A stretch of 64,000 nucleotides of DNA from Azolla caroliniana (lineage: Eukaryota; Plantae; Polypodiophyta), in the NCBI GenBank assembly GCA_043228905.1, contig JBHGNT010000007.1, forward strand, positions 14,074,001-14,138,000, given 5' to 3'. The translations under genes and the position numbers were made by a program. The notes under the pieces were generated by a model. It was given only the letters and a program-made list of their open reading frames with translations, did no database searches and was not told the origin of the DNA. Shown in pieces: positions 1 to 12,354 of this stretch; positions within the stretch are counted from its first letter, which is position 1, and the number at the start of each line of letters is the position of its first letter.

Positions 1-765
1 GTACAATAGGAAAGCACCGAAGCAACGACCTCAAGCTTCCTATCTTCGCCACAGGCGGTGATTACAACTGAGGCAACGACCTCTTCCTCTCTCTCTCTCT
101 TTGTACACTATTGCGCGCTCTCTCTTCTTGCACCAACAAGAATAACAACAACATTATCTTCTCTGTTTGCCCTAAGTCATATTTATACTAATATGACTTT
201 TCAGCTATTTACAAATATAGCCATGCTGGACTCTCAGAAACATATTTATGAATATGTCCCTTCATCCGGTGAGCACTTCTCACCGGGCCTTCACCATCCG
301 ACTCTTGTCGGGTACTCCTCATCCGGTTTTCACTGGGTCTTGCGTAGCCGGGTACTCCTCGTCCGGTTTTCACCGGGTCTTCCGTAGTCGGGCGGGTACT
401 CCTCATCCGGTTTTCACTGGGTCTTCCGTAGCCGGGTACTCCTCGTCCGATTTTCTCCGGGTCTTCTGTAGTCGGGCGGGTACTCCTCATCCGGTTTTCA
501 CCGGGTCTTCCGTAGCCGGGTACTCCTCTTCCGGTTTTCATCGGGTCTTCCGTAGTCGGGTACTCCTCTTCCGGTTCTCACCGGGTCTTCCGTAGCCGGG
601 TGCTCCTCTTCCGGTTCTCACCGGGTCTTCCGTAGCTGGGTGCTCCTCTTCCGGTTCTCACCGGGTCTTCCGTAGCCGGGTGCTCCTCTTCTGGTTCTCA
701 CTGGGTCTTCCGTAGCCGGGTACTCTTCTTCCGGTTTCCCATCCGGAGGGACTTGTTTCCTAACA
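1..765 (-). mobile_element. LTR (5' end at 765, runs off window start) of a copia-type family with tandem repeats in U3
   Basis: Minus strand starts TGTTAGGAAACAAGTCCCTCCGGATGG; colinear with the solo LTR at 15594-16369 (repeat array, TATA region ..TAGTATAAATATGACTTAGGGCAAAC, downstream GA-rich part). Confidence 0.8.
265..740. repeat. 40/44-bp tandem repeat array inside LTR U3
   Basis: About 11-12 units of CCGGTTCTCACCGGGTCTTCCGTAGCCGGGTGCTCCTCTT with small variants and no unique spacers. Confidence 0.9.
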
Positions 766-1984
766 GCCAAGCCATAACAAACAACGTGCGCATCCTTTTG
801 CAAACGAATTGGGAGAGGTTTACGACGCAATTAAAATCGGTGCTAGACAAAGGATGGATGGTCTGGGCTGCACAAGCGGCCGAATTGCATACATACCGGG
901 CGGACTGGGAGAACTGAAGGAAAGATGGCTGAGGGTTCTACAAACTCAATGAGGAAAGCATTGCGGCAGTACGCGAGGACCTAGCGCAAGACTATCGCAC
1001 GCTAGCGGACCAACATTCCAAGGAACTCGCGCAGCTACTAGATGATTTTAGCAAAAGTCAAGAGGACTGGTTTCACCAGATCACGCAAGCCGGTAGCACG
1101 CGAACAAACGAGGAATCCATCGCGATACCAATTCTGGATACTGCCAAACAAGAGGAACCTCAGCCCATGTCACCAGAAATTACCACTACGGTGAACAACA
1201 CGGAATGGCAAGCCGAGCCCCCCGCAATACCAGACAGCAAAACCACCGACCAATAGGAACCCCACCCACCACAGCATACGCTTATGGCCGACATCACGAA
1301 GGAAGTTACGGATGAAACAGAGCCGCGACCTATCGCAATCCCGTAGACGATTGAACCAACCCGAATCGCCCAAGAGGATCCAATAGAACCCGGACTGCCC
1401 ACACAGAAAGCCAACGACACCATGGAAAGCCCTCCTGACCAACCAAGGGAAGCACGGGCCCTACGTCGTCCCCGGATCCGGACACTGTGGCAGAACTAAA
1501 CATCAGGGCCATTTTGGAGGAAGATTAAAGGGGTGGGTCCGACGTGCCATGGCATTGTCCCACAAGCGTGCCAGGTGTTGTCCGCCGGAATAGTAACCGA
1601 CGGACAAGAGCGCAGTAATATAGAATAGAGTAATATTGTAACGCATGTAAACGGTTCACGCAGGAAGCGTGAACATCTAAAAGACCCTACGTATATAAAG
1701 GGTAGAAAAGCTCTAAGAGAGGTAGCGTGTAATTTTGAATGTAAAAGGTGTATTTCAATAGAGTTCTATCTTCTCTGATTCCTGTGCGTATCTGTGGTTA
1801 ATCTACTGTGGGTTTGTGATTCTTGGGTGGCGTAGTGTAGTCGTAAGAGTGTAGGCGTGAGTAACAGTGTGGTTGCTAGTCCATTGTCTAAGGAGTTTTG
1901 TTGTAGCCGTCTACCTATATGCTACTAGGATACAGGAGGTATCCCACTAAGTATTACGCTACGACGATACCATTCATTGCAACA
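766..1984 (+). mobile_element. 3' end of an Athila-like gypsy element: decayed extra 3' ORF (766-1528) and 3' LTR (1576-1984)
   Basis: Translation W.VWAAQAAELHTYRADWEN*RKDG*GFYKLNEESIAAVREDLAQDY matches ORFs 3343-3663 and 22445-23479; LTR TGTTG...CAACA with TATATAAA. Confidence 0.8.
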
Positions 1985-2356
1985 TAGTCACTTTGAGGTC
2001 TAGGTTGAAGGACTGACCATAGACCGTGTTCTTAATCAATAACAATCCCCTTCACCTCCTCTTTTCTAGCATGAATGTGCCTTTTCATTTTTGCTATCCC
2101 CTTAATATAATGGGTTGTCACCAATAGCTTAGCTTGCTCTTTCGAGGGGCTTATGACCTTTCCTACATTTACTTCTCCTACCTCATCCATAATTTCATGA
2201 AGCATCTAGCCAATATTATCCCCTACCAAGTTTTCTTCCTGGTGTAGTTTCTCCATATCATTAATTTCTTCCACATTATTACTCTCATGAGTTGCCTTTG
2301 TTCTTGCTTCCCTTTCATTAGGTTTGTTTTCATTGTCCTCTAAGGTTAAGAGCGCG

Positions 2357-4137
2357 TGTTGTCTGCCTGGCCGGAATAGCCTCAACACAGGTGTCTATCC
2401 GACACTTCTCCAAAGGGGTGGTAAGGATTGGATGCTAGGTTACACGCGTAAGATGATTACAATTAAGCACAGACGGTAAACAATACGAAGATACAGATAA
2501 ACACGCAATAATTACTTTTGTATTACTTTCGTCAAACCCTTTACAAATCATCGGATCCTTTTATAGGCATCCGGCAAGGTTACAATCCGTGCGCTTAGGC
2601 AACCGACATCCGAATCGGTCCGGATCCGGATCGGTACAACTATACCGGATCTGTCCCTCCGACTAATAATTCTACTATTATTTACTTTCTATTATCCGAT
2701 CCGACTCCACCTTCCAACTTGTCCTTGCTCTTCTGACCGGCCAACACATGGCACGCCCGTGGGAAAGTGCCTTGCACTTCGAATCCATTCCCGGCCTCAT
2801 TCTTCCTCCAAAATATCGAGCACACTCTGCTCGATGGTATCAAGTGGTGCTTCTTCCTCCTGTTCCTTGCCTGCCTGGTCTCCGACCTCCGGTTGGGTTG
2901 GTTGTTCCGTAAAAATTTGTTGCTCCGGCTCTGCTTGATTCTGTGGTGCCGGTGCTTCCTCACCGCTTCGTCCGGGTTCTTCCTGTTCTCCCTCCATTCC
3001 AGGCTCTGTTCTGTTACCAGTGTCGCTTTCTCCGGTCTCGACTGGTCGGCTCGGTCCGCCTTCTTCCTTTGCTCTGGTGTCTTCCGATCTCAGCTCTTCT
3101 TCTTCTCCGGCATCGGTTTGCTCCGGCTCTTCTTGATTTCCTTCGAACGGAAGTTCTTCTTCGGGTATTCCTTGTCGGGGTTGTTCGCTGTCGGTTGGTT
3201 CAACTTCAGCCGGTCGCTCTCCCTCACTTATAGTGATTGGCATCGTTCTTCCCTTGGTTTCCTGTCGTAACCAGTCCTGCTCGTATTTCTCCAACTCCAA
3301 TTGAGTTGCGAGCTGCCCGTCATCCAACCTCTCTACCAACCCTCAGATTTCTTTGAGATGTTCTTCCGCTAAAGCGTAGAAATCCTCCGACAATTCTTCC
3401 CGAATGGCGACGATACTTTCTTCATCCATCTTGTAGAACTTGTCACCGGTCTTCCTCCGATTCTCGACATCCGCTCGGAGTGTCTGCAGCTCGGCCGCCT
3501 GTTGTGACCACTCCTTCCATAGCTTTTCCGTACTTTCGTTGATGCTTGCCTGAGCTCGGGTACTCCAACCTGACATGATGAGGTTGATCCGGTCAACCCC
3601 CGCCTTAGCATGCGCATAAGCTTCTTGCTTCTCCTTCCTTGCCCGTTTTATAATGTCGTCCATTATCTGAGCCTGAGCCCGTTTTATAATGTTCTTGCTT
3701 CCCTTTCATTAGGTTTGTTTTCATTGTCCTCTAAGGTTAAGAGCGCGTGTTGTCTACCTGGCCGGAATAGCCTCAACACAGGTGTCTATCCGACACTTCT
3801 CCAAAGGGGTGGTAAGGATTGGATGCTAGGTTACACGCGTAAGATGATTACAATTAAGCACAGACGGTAAACAATACGAAGATACAGATAAACACGCAAT
3901 AATTACTTTTGTATTACTTTCGTCAAACCCTTTACAAATCATCGGATCCTTTTATAGGCATCCGGCAAGGTTACAATCCGTGCACTTAGGCAACCGACAT
4001 CCGAATCGGTCCGGATCCGGATCGGTACAATTGTACTAGATCCGTCCCTCTGACTAATAATTCTACTATTATTTACTTTCTATTATCCGATCCGACTCCG
4101 CCTTCTCACTTGTCCTTGCTCTTCTGACCGGCCAACA
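2357..4137 (-). mobile_element. Truncated Athila-like gypsy: LTR 2357-2746, 3' ORF remnant 2797-3663, second LTR 3748-4137
   Basis: Two near-identical 390-bp TGTTG...CAACA repeats; GCGCG at 2352-2356, 3743-3747 and 4138-4142; ORF homologous to the C-terminus of 22445-23479. Confidence 0.85.
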
Positions 4138-4329
4138 GCGCGTATTTGTTTCTAAGTGGGAGTCATTCTTGTCCGACCATGACTTTCTGTTTGCCTTTAT
4201 AGGTGTTATATTTCCATCCATCTTCATTCTTACTCATTGCATGGTTTATTTGTTGTTTACTCTATTGCATCAGGCTTGTTTTGCTTTTCCGTCCTTGCTT
4301 CCCATTTCCATGATGCATGTTCTCCTTTC

Positions 4330-4990
4330 CTTTGAGGCATTCTCAGGCCATATGCCCCATCTGTCAACATGCAAAGCATTGCCCTGGGAGTCCTGCATAC
4401 TCTACAGTTTGTACATGGTCAGCCATTTGTTTACTACTCAACAACATCGATTGCGGTAAGGTCTTTACATCTGAAACAATTAGTTTGATCCTCGGTGTTT
4501 CACTTATTCTCTCTGCAAGAGTTTTTTCCAGGCATTGCCCTCCCATACTTTTGCCAATGGCCGAGAGAAAGGATACCCATTGCTTAGGTAAACTAGGGGA
4601 AAAGGCCATTACCATTGTAGGATTGCCTATACAAGCATCCACTTTACACATGTCAAAGACTGCATCCCAATTGAATACATAGGCTCTCACATTATGCCAA
4701 ATCAGTGGGTTGCTCTTGACAATTTTGCATATATTCGTTTCCGGCATCACTGTAGCATGGTAGAACCCCTTTCCCATAAATGCAATGTCCTTCAATCTGC
4801 CAAGGTCTTCTTGTAGACAACTTTGCAGCCAATCATGCAACATTGCTCTATTGGGTTGACTACCCACCACTTCTACCACAACGAATTCACGTTTAAGACG
4901 TGTTAATTCACTCTCCATAAGGCATTCTTCTTCCGGGGAGAGAACAAAGGCTCCCATTGCAGCCATCGAGGGACCATTTCGATTGTCCAC
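4330..4990 (-). pseudogene. L1-type LINE ORF1 remnant (DUF4283-like region plus zinc knuckle)
   Basis: ORF 4364-4990 (..DIAFMGKGFYH..) ends EYAGLPGQCFAC*QMGHMA*EC, a CX2CX4HX4C knuckle; host sequence of the 2357-4137 insertion. Confidence 0.7.
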
Positions 4991-6639
4991 CTCGAACTGG
5001 GTGCGCGCGCCTCTTCGAATTGTGGGTTTCTGGAACCCTAACGACTCTGTGCGTGGCCAGACCTACAGAGAGGGGATCTCTGTGCCCTACTCCTGCTCCT
5101 ACTCTAGAACGATCAGCTCGATTTAGCTTTTGTGATGTTGCTCCCATCTTGTAATATAATCCTTGCCATGTTTAGGAGATGATAACATGATGAAATCATA
5201 CTTCATATTCTATGAGTCTTGTTGTATATTTTAGGTGATGCTTCTTTATGTGGACCATTTTATTCCATATTTTATAAATGCTACAAATAACAAAATTGTA
5301 GAGTAAAGTACAAAATTTGGGTTTTTTGAAAGAGTTCTATGAGATCCTACATTTCTGGTGTTTCTAATGATGGCTTAATAGTCCCTCTCATTTGTTGGAG
5401 AATACTAGTCTAGACCTCTCTACCTTATATTCACTCCAAGAGCACCCTCAAAACTTGGCCTATGCATAAGTCATTGAAGAAATTCAAATCATTAACATTA
5501 GTATAGCAAACATCATGCATTAAGAAGTATGATAGAAAATCTTCCATGTATGAGTCAATGGAAATTAGGAGTGTTGTAACTCAAAAAAACATATAAGATT
5601 TAGGAATGCCTAAGGTTTACATTGTGCAAGATCTTGCACTCGCAATAACATATATTATATGAATACCTATATCACCCAAATTTGTGGATCATTGGTTTTA
5701 ATCTAAGTAGTTTAATTAGTGTTTTTTGTCAAACATTTAACAATGCAAATGCATAATTAAAGGGGTAGAGCTTTGAATCTATGATTTATATATTTTTAGG
5801 TTTAGGGTTTCAATTATGAACCTTTATCCAATACATGATTTTGCTCCAATTGATGCCATTATGAACCTTTATCCAATTGATTTTGCTCCAATTCATTATG
5901 ATTTTGCTCCAATTGCCTCCCAAACTTGTGATTTTAAAGATATACATGTTTCCAGTAATTATTCCATTGGTCAACAGTCTTATACCCAAATTTACTCAAG
6001 TAGAAATAATTGTAACAAGGTTGAGAATCTAAGGACAACGTGATTCCAATGCCTTTCCAAGGGTAAAGATTATGTGTGCGAAGAGGAAGAAATTTGTTGT
6101 TTACTATGTATGGGCTCTATTCTGATTTTGGTTCATGTTGGTTTCTTGGCCTTGAAACCAAACCATTTAAAAACTACCAAGCCACCAAAACCAAACCATT
6201 TAGACCCTACCATTTAAAACCAAATTGTTTAGACCCAAGCCAAATAAACTAAATCATTTGAGTAAAAGGCGAAACCAAAGGAAAAAGTTGAAACCAAACC
6301 AAGCCATTTAATCACAAATCTAAACCAAACCATTTCAATCAAATTAATTTAATAATTAAGCTATAAAAACATTAAATTAAAAAAACATTTAAGTTAAATG
6401 AATTAAATCATTATATAAAAACTATAATTAAAATATTAAACCATTAGGCAAATATAAAAAGTGAAGCAAAAAATCGATGAACCATTAAATTGCGCTACTT
6501 AAATCGGTAAATTCAACGGGACTTTTAGAACCAAATGGAATTGAAAACAAACCATTTAATTATATTCCAACCAAGAAATCAATAAAAGATCTAGTTGGCT
6601 AAGCACTTCAAACCGATTTGACGGAGCAGGGCTACTAGG

Positions 6640-7125
6640 ATTGTTAGACGTCTCTCCTTTGAAGTTTCTATTAGAGATCCTTGATGATGTGTAGTATCAA
6701 TTTCTATTGGAGTAGGGCCACCTATTGGGTTAGGAGTAGGGGCCTACATAGTTCGAGACGATGGTAATGTTGTCACCAATGCATATGTTTTCTCTAATCA
6801 AGGTCGAGACAATGGTTGACACTCAAATTTCTCTCTAATAAATGGTTGTCTCATCGTACAACTCGACTAATCGCCTCACTAAGTGATTTAAGATTTTCAT
6901 GAAATGTGAGAATTAGATTTTTCACATCATTACAAAGTCCCAAGGGATGTCACATGTAAAAAGTCAAAAATTAGTTGCATCTATCGAGGTTGGCCAATCT
7001 CTTTGTTGTAACCTTCGAATCTTATTGATAGCAATTCTCACACTATTCGTATATCCAAAACAAGCTTGAAACTCTTACGTAAACTCATCAAAATGATCCA
7101 AAATTGGGTACCTTTTCTCGAACAT
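6640..7125 (-). pseudogene. Tcn1-like chromovirus gag remnant
   Basis: Nucleotide similarity to gag at about 54660-55110 (e.g. TCCCAAGGGATGTC, TTCGAATCTT..T, CTCGACTAAT.GCCTC, TTGGAGT.GG.CCA). Confidence 0.65.
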
Positions 7126-7278
7126 GAATTGGATACTGATTCCACAAAGGATGAGGTGGACACGGTCTTAAGGAATCTTCTTAGTGGCAAGAGGCTTGGT
7201 TTGGATTTCTTGACCAATGACAATTTTAAGTGATATTCCAACATTTTAAAGGGGCCCCTAACTTTTATGTTTCTACAT
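7126..7278 (+). pseudogene. LINE ORF2 fragment (start of RT region)
   Basis: Reads EVDTVLRNLLSGKRLGLDFLTNDNFK*YSNILK, resembling the L1 'GKSPGxDGxxxEFFK' motif. Confidence 0.5.
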
Positions 7279-7334
7279 TGTTGGGATTCTCATTATAAAT
7301 AGGAATAGCTAGGGCAAACTTAGTGTGTGTAATG

Positions 7335-7779
7335 CATGGTTGTAACATACGTAGCATACCGTACACGTACAATACGTATGCTACGTATTTTATAAGTATT
7401 CTAAAAAAAATTTATAAGTTCTTAAAATAAGTTAAATATGTTTTGAATACGTTTTGAATACATTGAATACATTGTTGAATACGTTGAATACATCGAATGC
7501 TTGAACACCATTGATGTTGAATGCAAATATACTTGGAATTTGAATACTATATAGTAAATACCAATTATCTTTATTGCCCATGAATCAATGGTGTTTCAAT
7601 ATTTACATAATTATTTTCTTTTTCTCTACTAAAACAACCCTAGAAAATTAAAATTAAAATTATTTACAAATTTAGGCTTAGAAAAAATGACAGTTCCAAA
7701 AGGTTGAATACGTTTAGAATACGTGTGGGTATTCTAAAATGTACTCTATCTATAAAGTACGCGTTTTTTAACAACAATG
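7335..7779. mobile_element. hAT-type MITE inside the copia 5' LTR
   Basis: 8-bp TSD GTGTAATG (7327-7334, 7780-7787); imperfect TIRs CATGGTTGT / ACAACAATG; subterminal (GA)ATACG repeats. Confidence 0.85.
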
Positions 7780-9060
7780 GTGTAATGAGGCGCATAGAGC
7801 TTCTATAGAATATAGAGCAACACAGTGCAAGAAAAGAAGAGAGATGAGAGAGAGCGGGTGGGTAGGTATAGTTGAGCGAAACTTGCTAGAACCCTAACTG
7901 GGGATACTCTGTTCTGCAGAGTCATTGTAATCCGTTCCTTCTCTTGTATTCTTTGTATATAGTGGAAGCTTTGTTGCCTCGTGGTTTTCCCCATTTTAGG
8001 GTTTCCACGTAAATACTGTGTACCGCGTCGCGTATCTTTGTTGTTTTTTGTTTTTTGTTTTGAATATTCTAGTCTATCTTGTTCGTCCAATATACTATCT
8101 TAACTCAACAAACTGATACCACAGCTTGAGGTGCAATAATAGAAAGAGATGTGAGTGGTTTTCGAGGAATGATGGTCTTGAACTCACACAACTACTATGA
8201 CTGGAAGATCAAGATGGAAGATCAAGATGGAAGATCTTCTGATAGTCAAAGATCTATATGTGCCCATAGACAGAAGTGAAATACCCACATGGGTATTGGA
8301 GTCTGAGTGGAAACTCCTTAACAAGAAGGCAGTGGCCACCCGTGAGTATTCTACAACATGTGGCTAACGACACAAACACCTACGAAATGTGGCACAGACT
8401 GTCAGGGTTGTACGAGAGGAAAAGTACCCTCAACAAGACTTCTCTAATGAGAAAGATTGCGAGACTGAAGTACAGAGATGGAGAAAGAATTGTGGTACAC
8501 ATTAACACCTTCATGGGGTTGGTTAATCAACTTGTGGTAGTAAAGGTTCCATTGGATGATGTTATGCATGCCTTGTTACTAGTATGTGCCATGTTGGACA
8601 TGTGGGAGAACCTGGTGGTGTCTCTTAGTACCTCATGCCAAGAAGAAAACTTGTCCTTGCAAGTGGTAAAGACAAGTATCCTAAACGAGGAGACAAGAAG
8701 GAAGGACAAGGGTGTCCTATCTCAGTTGGAGGCAAATGTGGCTCAAAATCCCGGTAGACGAAGAAGCAAGCAAAGAAGTTCACAAAAGAGAGAAAAGTCC
8801 CATGCTATGTCCAAGTCGAGAGGAAAGCTCACATGCTTCTATTGTGGAAAACCTGGACACTTCTAGAAGGACTATCAACACCTTAAGAAAGACAAAGGTG
8901 CTTCAAACAATGGAGAACCTAGGAAGATTTCTAAGGAAAAGGGCACTTCAGCCATGGCTATGAGTGAAGAAGAACTTCTGTTCATTTGCGAGCAAGCGAG
9001 TGAAAACCTTGCAAATGAAGCGTGCACCTAGATGATTGACTCTAGTGCATCGTTCCATAT

Positions 9061-9867
9061 TGATAGGGTGTATAAGACAAAGGATAGTTATACATAATAT
9101 GGGGGCTTCACCAAACCGATTAGATGGAGTTATGAATCATAATATATTATATAGATCAAGGTATCTACGAATTAGAGAGAATGACTCAAGAAATTAAGAA
9201 AAAAGGTTGAGAAGATGAGCAAGAAATAAGAATGTTCTCATATTCCACTATCAAGAGAATACAAAGGAGATAAAGTCCACTAAAACCAAAGACCTTCCTC
9301 TTCTAAGACACTACCTCTTCCACTAAGACACCTCTTCCTAAGACTCCTCCTCCACTCTTAGGATCCTCATCCACTCTTCCTAAGACTCCTCCACACTTAG
9401 GACTTCTCATCCACTCTTAGGATCCCCTCTCTATTCGTTCTTCCGTCTAAGACTATCACTTTCTCTTTTATAATTTTCTTCTTCTTCCTCGTTCACGCTA
9501 TTTTTAGAAGCTTTTTATTTCCTAATTTTATCTAAGACCCAACGACCTTCTAATCGTCATATCGCCCTCCTCAGAGCTTTCTAAAATGCTATAGATAGCT
9601 CTCTTTACAAGCTTTCTAACCCATATTTAAACATAATATTTGGGTGAAAAACGAAGGAGTTATGACCATTCCTTTCTTACTATTTTTCATGGTCCGTTTT
9701 TTCTCATTTTACTTTTCTCTTCGTCTCTTACTTTTACTTTTGACTTCTTCCTAAGGTCTTGGTTCGTGTTGTTAGCCTCCAAATGTGAATTATCCATACT
9801 TTATATCCATCTAGTGTTCAATGGTTTGAATTCAAAAAACACTTTCACACATATAAAAGTGCGCGGA
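9061..9867. mobile_element. Non-coding LTR-like insertion replacing the copia PR-to-INT segment
   Basis: Begins TGATAGG right after DSSASFHI; copia resumes at VYLINRSPS with most of INT missing; internal CCACTCTTAGGA-type short repeats; no TSD recoverable. Confidence 0.5.
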
Positions 9868-12354
9868 TGTTTATTTGATCAATAGGTCTCCCTCAGTGCC
9901 CTGAAAGGTGATATCCCACAGAGGGTGTGGATAGGTAAAGATGTCTCCTATCAACACTTGAAGGTGTTCGGGATGCCTAGCATATATGCATGTAGGTAAG
10001 GATAAAAGGTCGAAGCTCGAAATCAAGTCGAAACCATGCATATTCCTGAGGTACTCAGAGGATGAATTCGGCTACATTTTGTGGAACTTACTCGATAAGA
10101 AGGTGGTGAGGAGTCGGGACATCATGTTCTTGGAAGACAAGAAAATAGAGAACTGGAAACAATAGAAGTCGGAACCGGCTTCCCAATCAACTCCCACTAC
10201 TATGGACTCAGGACTAGTCGACTCCACACAATCGGCTGTTAGGAGACATTCAAGCGACACAACCTAATCGGAATTAGTCAACTTGGGGCAACCAACTAAT
10301 ACATATGATTTGGAGTCGACAGACCTACAAAAGTCGATTGAGGCATACGAGTCGGAGTTGATCGATCTTCAGCAACCAATAAACATGTATGAACTCGAGC
10401 CAAGTGAAGAATCGGCAGAGGCATTCAAACCTGAGCTGACAATGGGAGGTGGAAGATATCCACTCAAGAAAAGGAGAGCACCCTCACGATGTGTTAGTCA
10501 ATATGTTCTATTGACTAATGAAGATGATCCAGAATGCTACGAGGAGGCCATGGAAGACGAGCGCAATGACAAATGACAGAGTGCAATGCAAGATGAGATA
10601 GACTCCTTGCATGAGAACTACACTTATGACTTGGTGGAACTACCGAAAGGTAAAAGAGCCCTGAGAAACAAATGGTTCTTTACTTGAAAAATGGGGAAGT
10701 TGGCAGCTCACCTAGATACAAGGCCCGAATCATAGTAAAGGGGTTTCAACAGAAGAAAGGGGCCGATTTTGATGAGATCTTCGCACCAGTCGTAAAGATG
10801 ACATCCATTCGATCAATGCTACGTATTGCTGCTAGTATGAATCTAGAGATAGAGCAATTGGATGTGAAGACAACATTCTTGCATGGGGAATTAGACGAAG
10901 AGATCTATATGCAGTAGCCCAAAGACTTTGTGGAGAAAGGAAAAGAGAATCTAGTGCGTCGACTAAGGAAAAGCGTGTATGGTCTGGAACAAGCTCCACA
11001 CCAATGGTACAAGAAGTTCAAATCCTTCATGTTGGAACATGGGTTCCATATACACAAGCTGATCATTGTGTGTTTGTCAAAAGGAACAATGAACTTGGCG
11101 ACTTTTTGATTCTCTTACTGTATGTTGACGACATGCTAGTGGTTAGACAAGACACCAAGAAGCTAGTGAGCCTCAAAAAAGAGTTAGGCAAGTCGTTTGC
11201 CATGAAAGATCTTCGACCGGCAAAGCAAATATTGGGGATGCACATAGTTCGTGACAAAACTAAGAACATGCTATGGTTGTCACAACAAAAGTATGTGACT
11301 AGCTGTTGGAAAGATTCAACATGTCAGAAGCAAAACTAGTCGGGTTTGCGTTGCCGACTAATTGCAAGTTGAATGCTAGGAAATGTCCAAAAAGAGAGAA
11401 GGACAAGGATGAGATGAGGAAAGTACCATATGTGTCGACCGTCAGTAGTTTAATGTATGGTATGGTTTGTACGAGACCAGACATAACATTTGCAGTCGGA
11501 ATGGTGAGCTGATATATGAGTAATCCGGGTCGAGAACACTAGGCAGCAATAAAGTGGATACTTAGGTACTTGAAAGACACCTCAAGGGTGTGCTTTAGGA
11601 AAACCTATGCTCGAAGGTTTTACATATTCAGACATGTCGGGGGACGTAGACTCAAGCCAATCCACATCAAGTTATGTGTTGACCTATGTAGAGGGAGAAA
11701 TGTCATGGTAATCAAGACTGCAGAAGATTGTGGCTTTGTCGACCACATAGTCAAAATATATGGCTGTTGTAGAGGCTGGTAGGGAGCTGATATGGATGAG
11801 GAATTTTCTTAGTGAACTGGGAATGAAGCAAAGAGAATTCTTGCTTCATTGTGATAGTCAGAGTCCCATACACCTAGCCAAGAAAGTTGTGTATCACTCT
11901 CGGACAAAGCACATACAGAGAAGGTATCATTGGTTACGAGAGAAGGTGGATGAGGGAGAGTTTACCCTTGTGAAGATCCATACTGCTGATAATGGATCCG
12001 ACATGATTACGAAACCACTACCTATGGACAGACTCAGAGTCGGTCGCCAAAAGACAGGACTAGCCGACTTTGCCCATAGGAGTGAAGGGGAAGTTTGTTA
12101 GGAATTTGTCCCTCCTGTGGAAGAATTCAATAGTCGAAGTCAAGGAAGAAGTCGGCAATCGAATCGACAAGCCGAACATAGGATGGTCGATCGGATCAAC
12201 TAGGGAGTCGACATGGTGGTTGATTGGTTTGAAGGAGACAGAGATTAAATAGGAATAGTCGAAGACAAGTCCGATTGATTAAATAGGAATAGCTAGGGCA
12301 AACATATGTGAGAAAACGATGTGTATAGAGCTTCTGCAACAAAGAGCAAGAATA

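Larger units (their letters stand above)
7279..12354 (+). mobile_element. Decayed Ty1/copia element (5' LTR 7279-8110, gag-PR, INT end, RT-RH, PPT, 3' LTR from 12096, interrupted at 12355)
   Basis: Degenerate Met PBS TGATACCACAGC 8114-8125; gag with CFYCGKPGHF; DSSASFH; VYLINRSPS; QLDVKTTFLHG; LLLYVDDML; HSRTKHI; PPT AGTGAAGGGGAAG before TGTTAGG. Confidence 0.9.

Noticed and set aside
265-740. CRISPR-like array
   Set aside because: Head-to-tail repeats with no unique spacers, inside a eukaryotic LTR, and no cas genes.
6150-6635. AAACCAAACC-rich segment resembling a DNA-transposon end
   Set aside because: No matching opposite TIR or TSD found; too weak to call.
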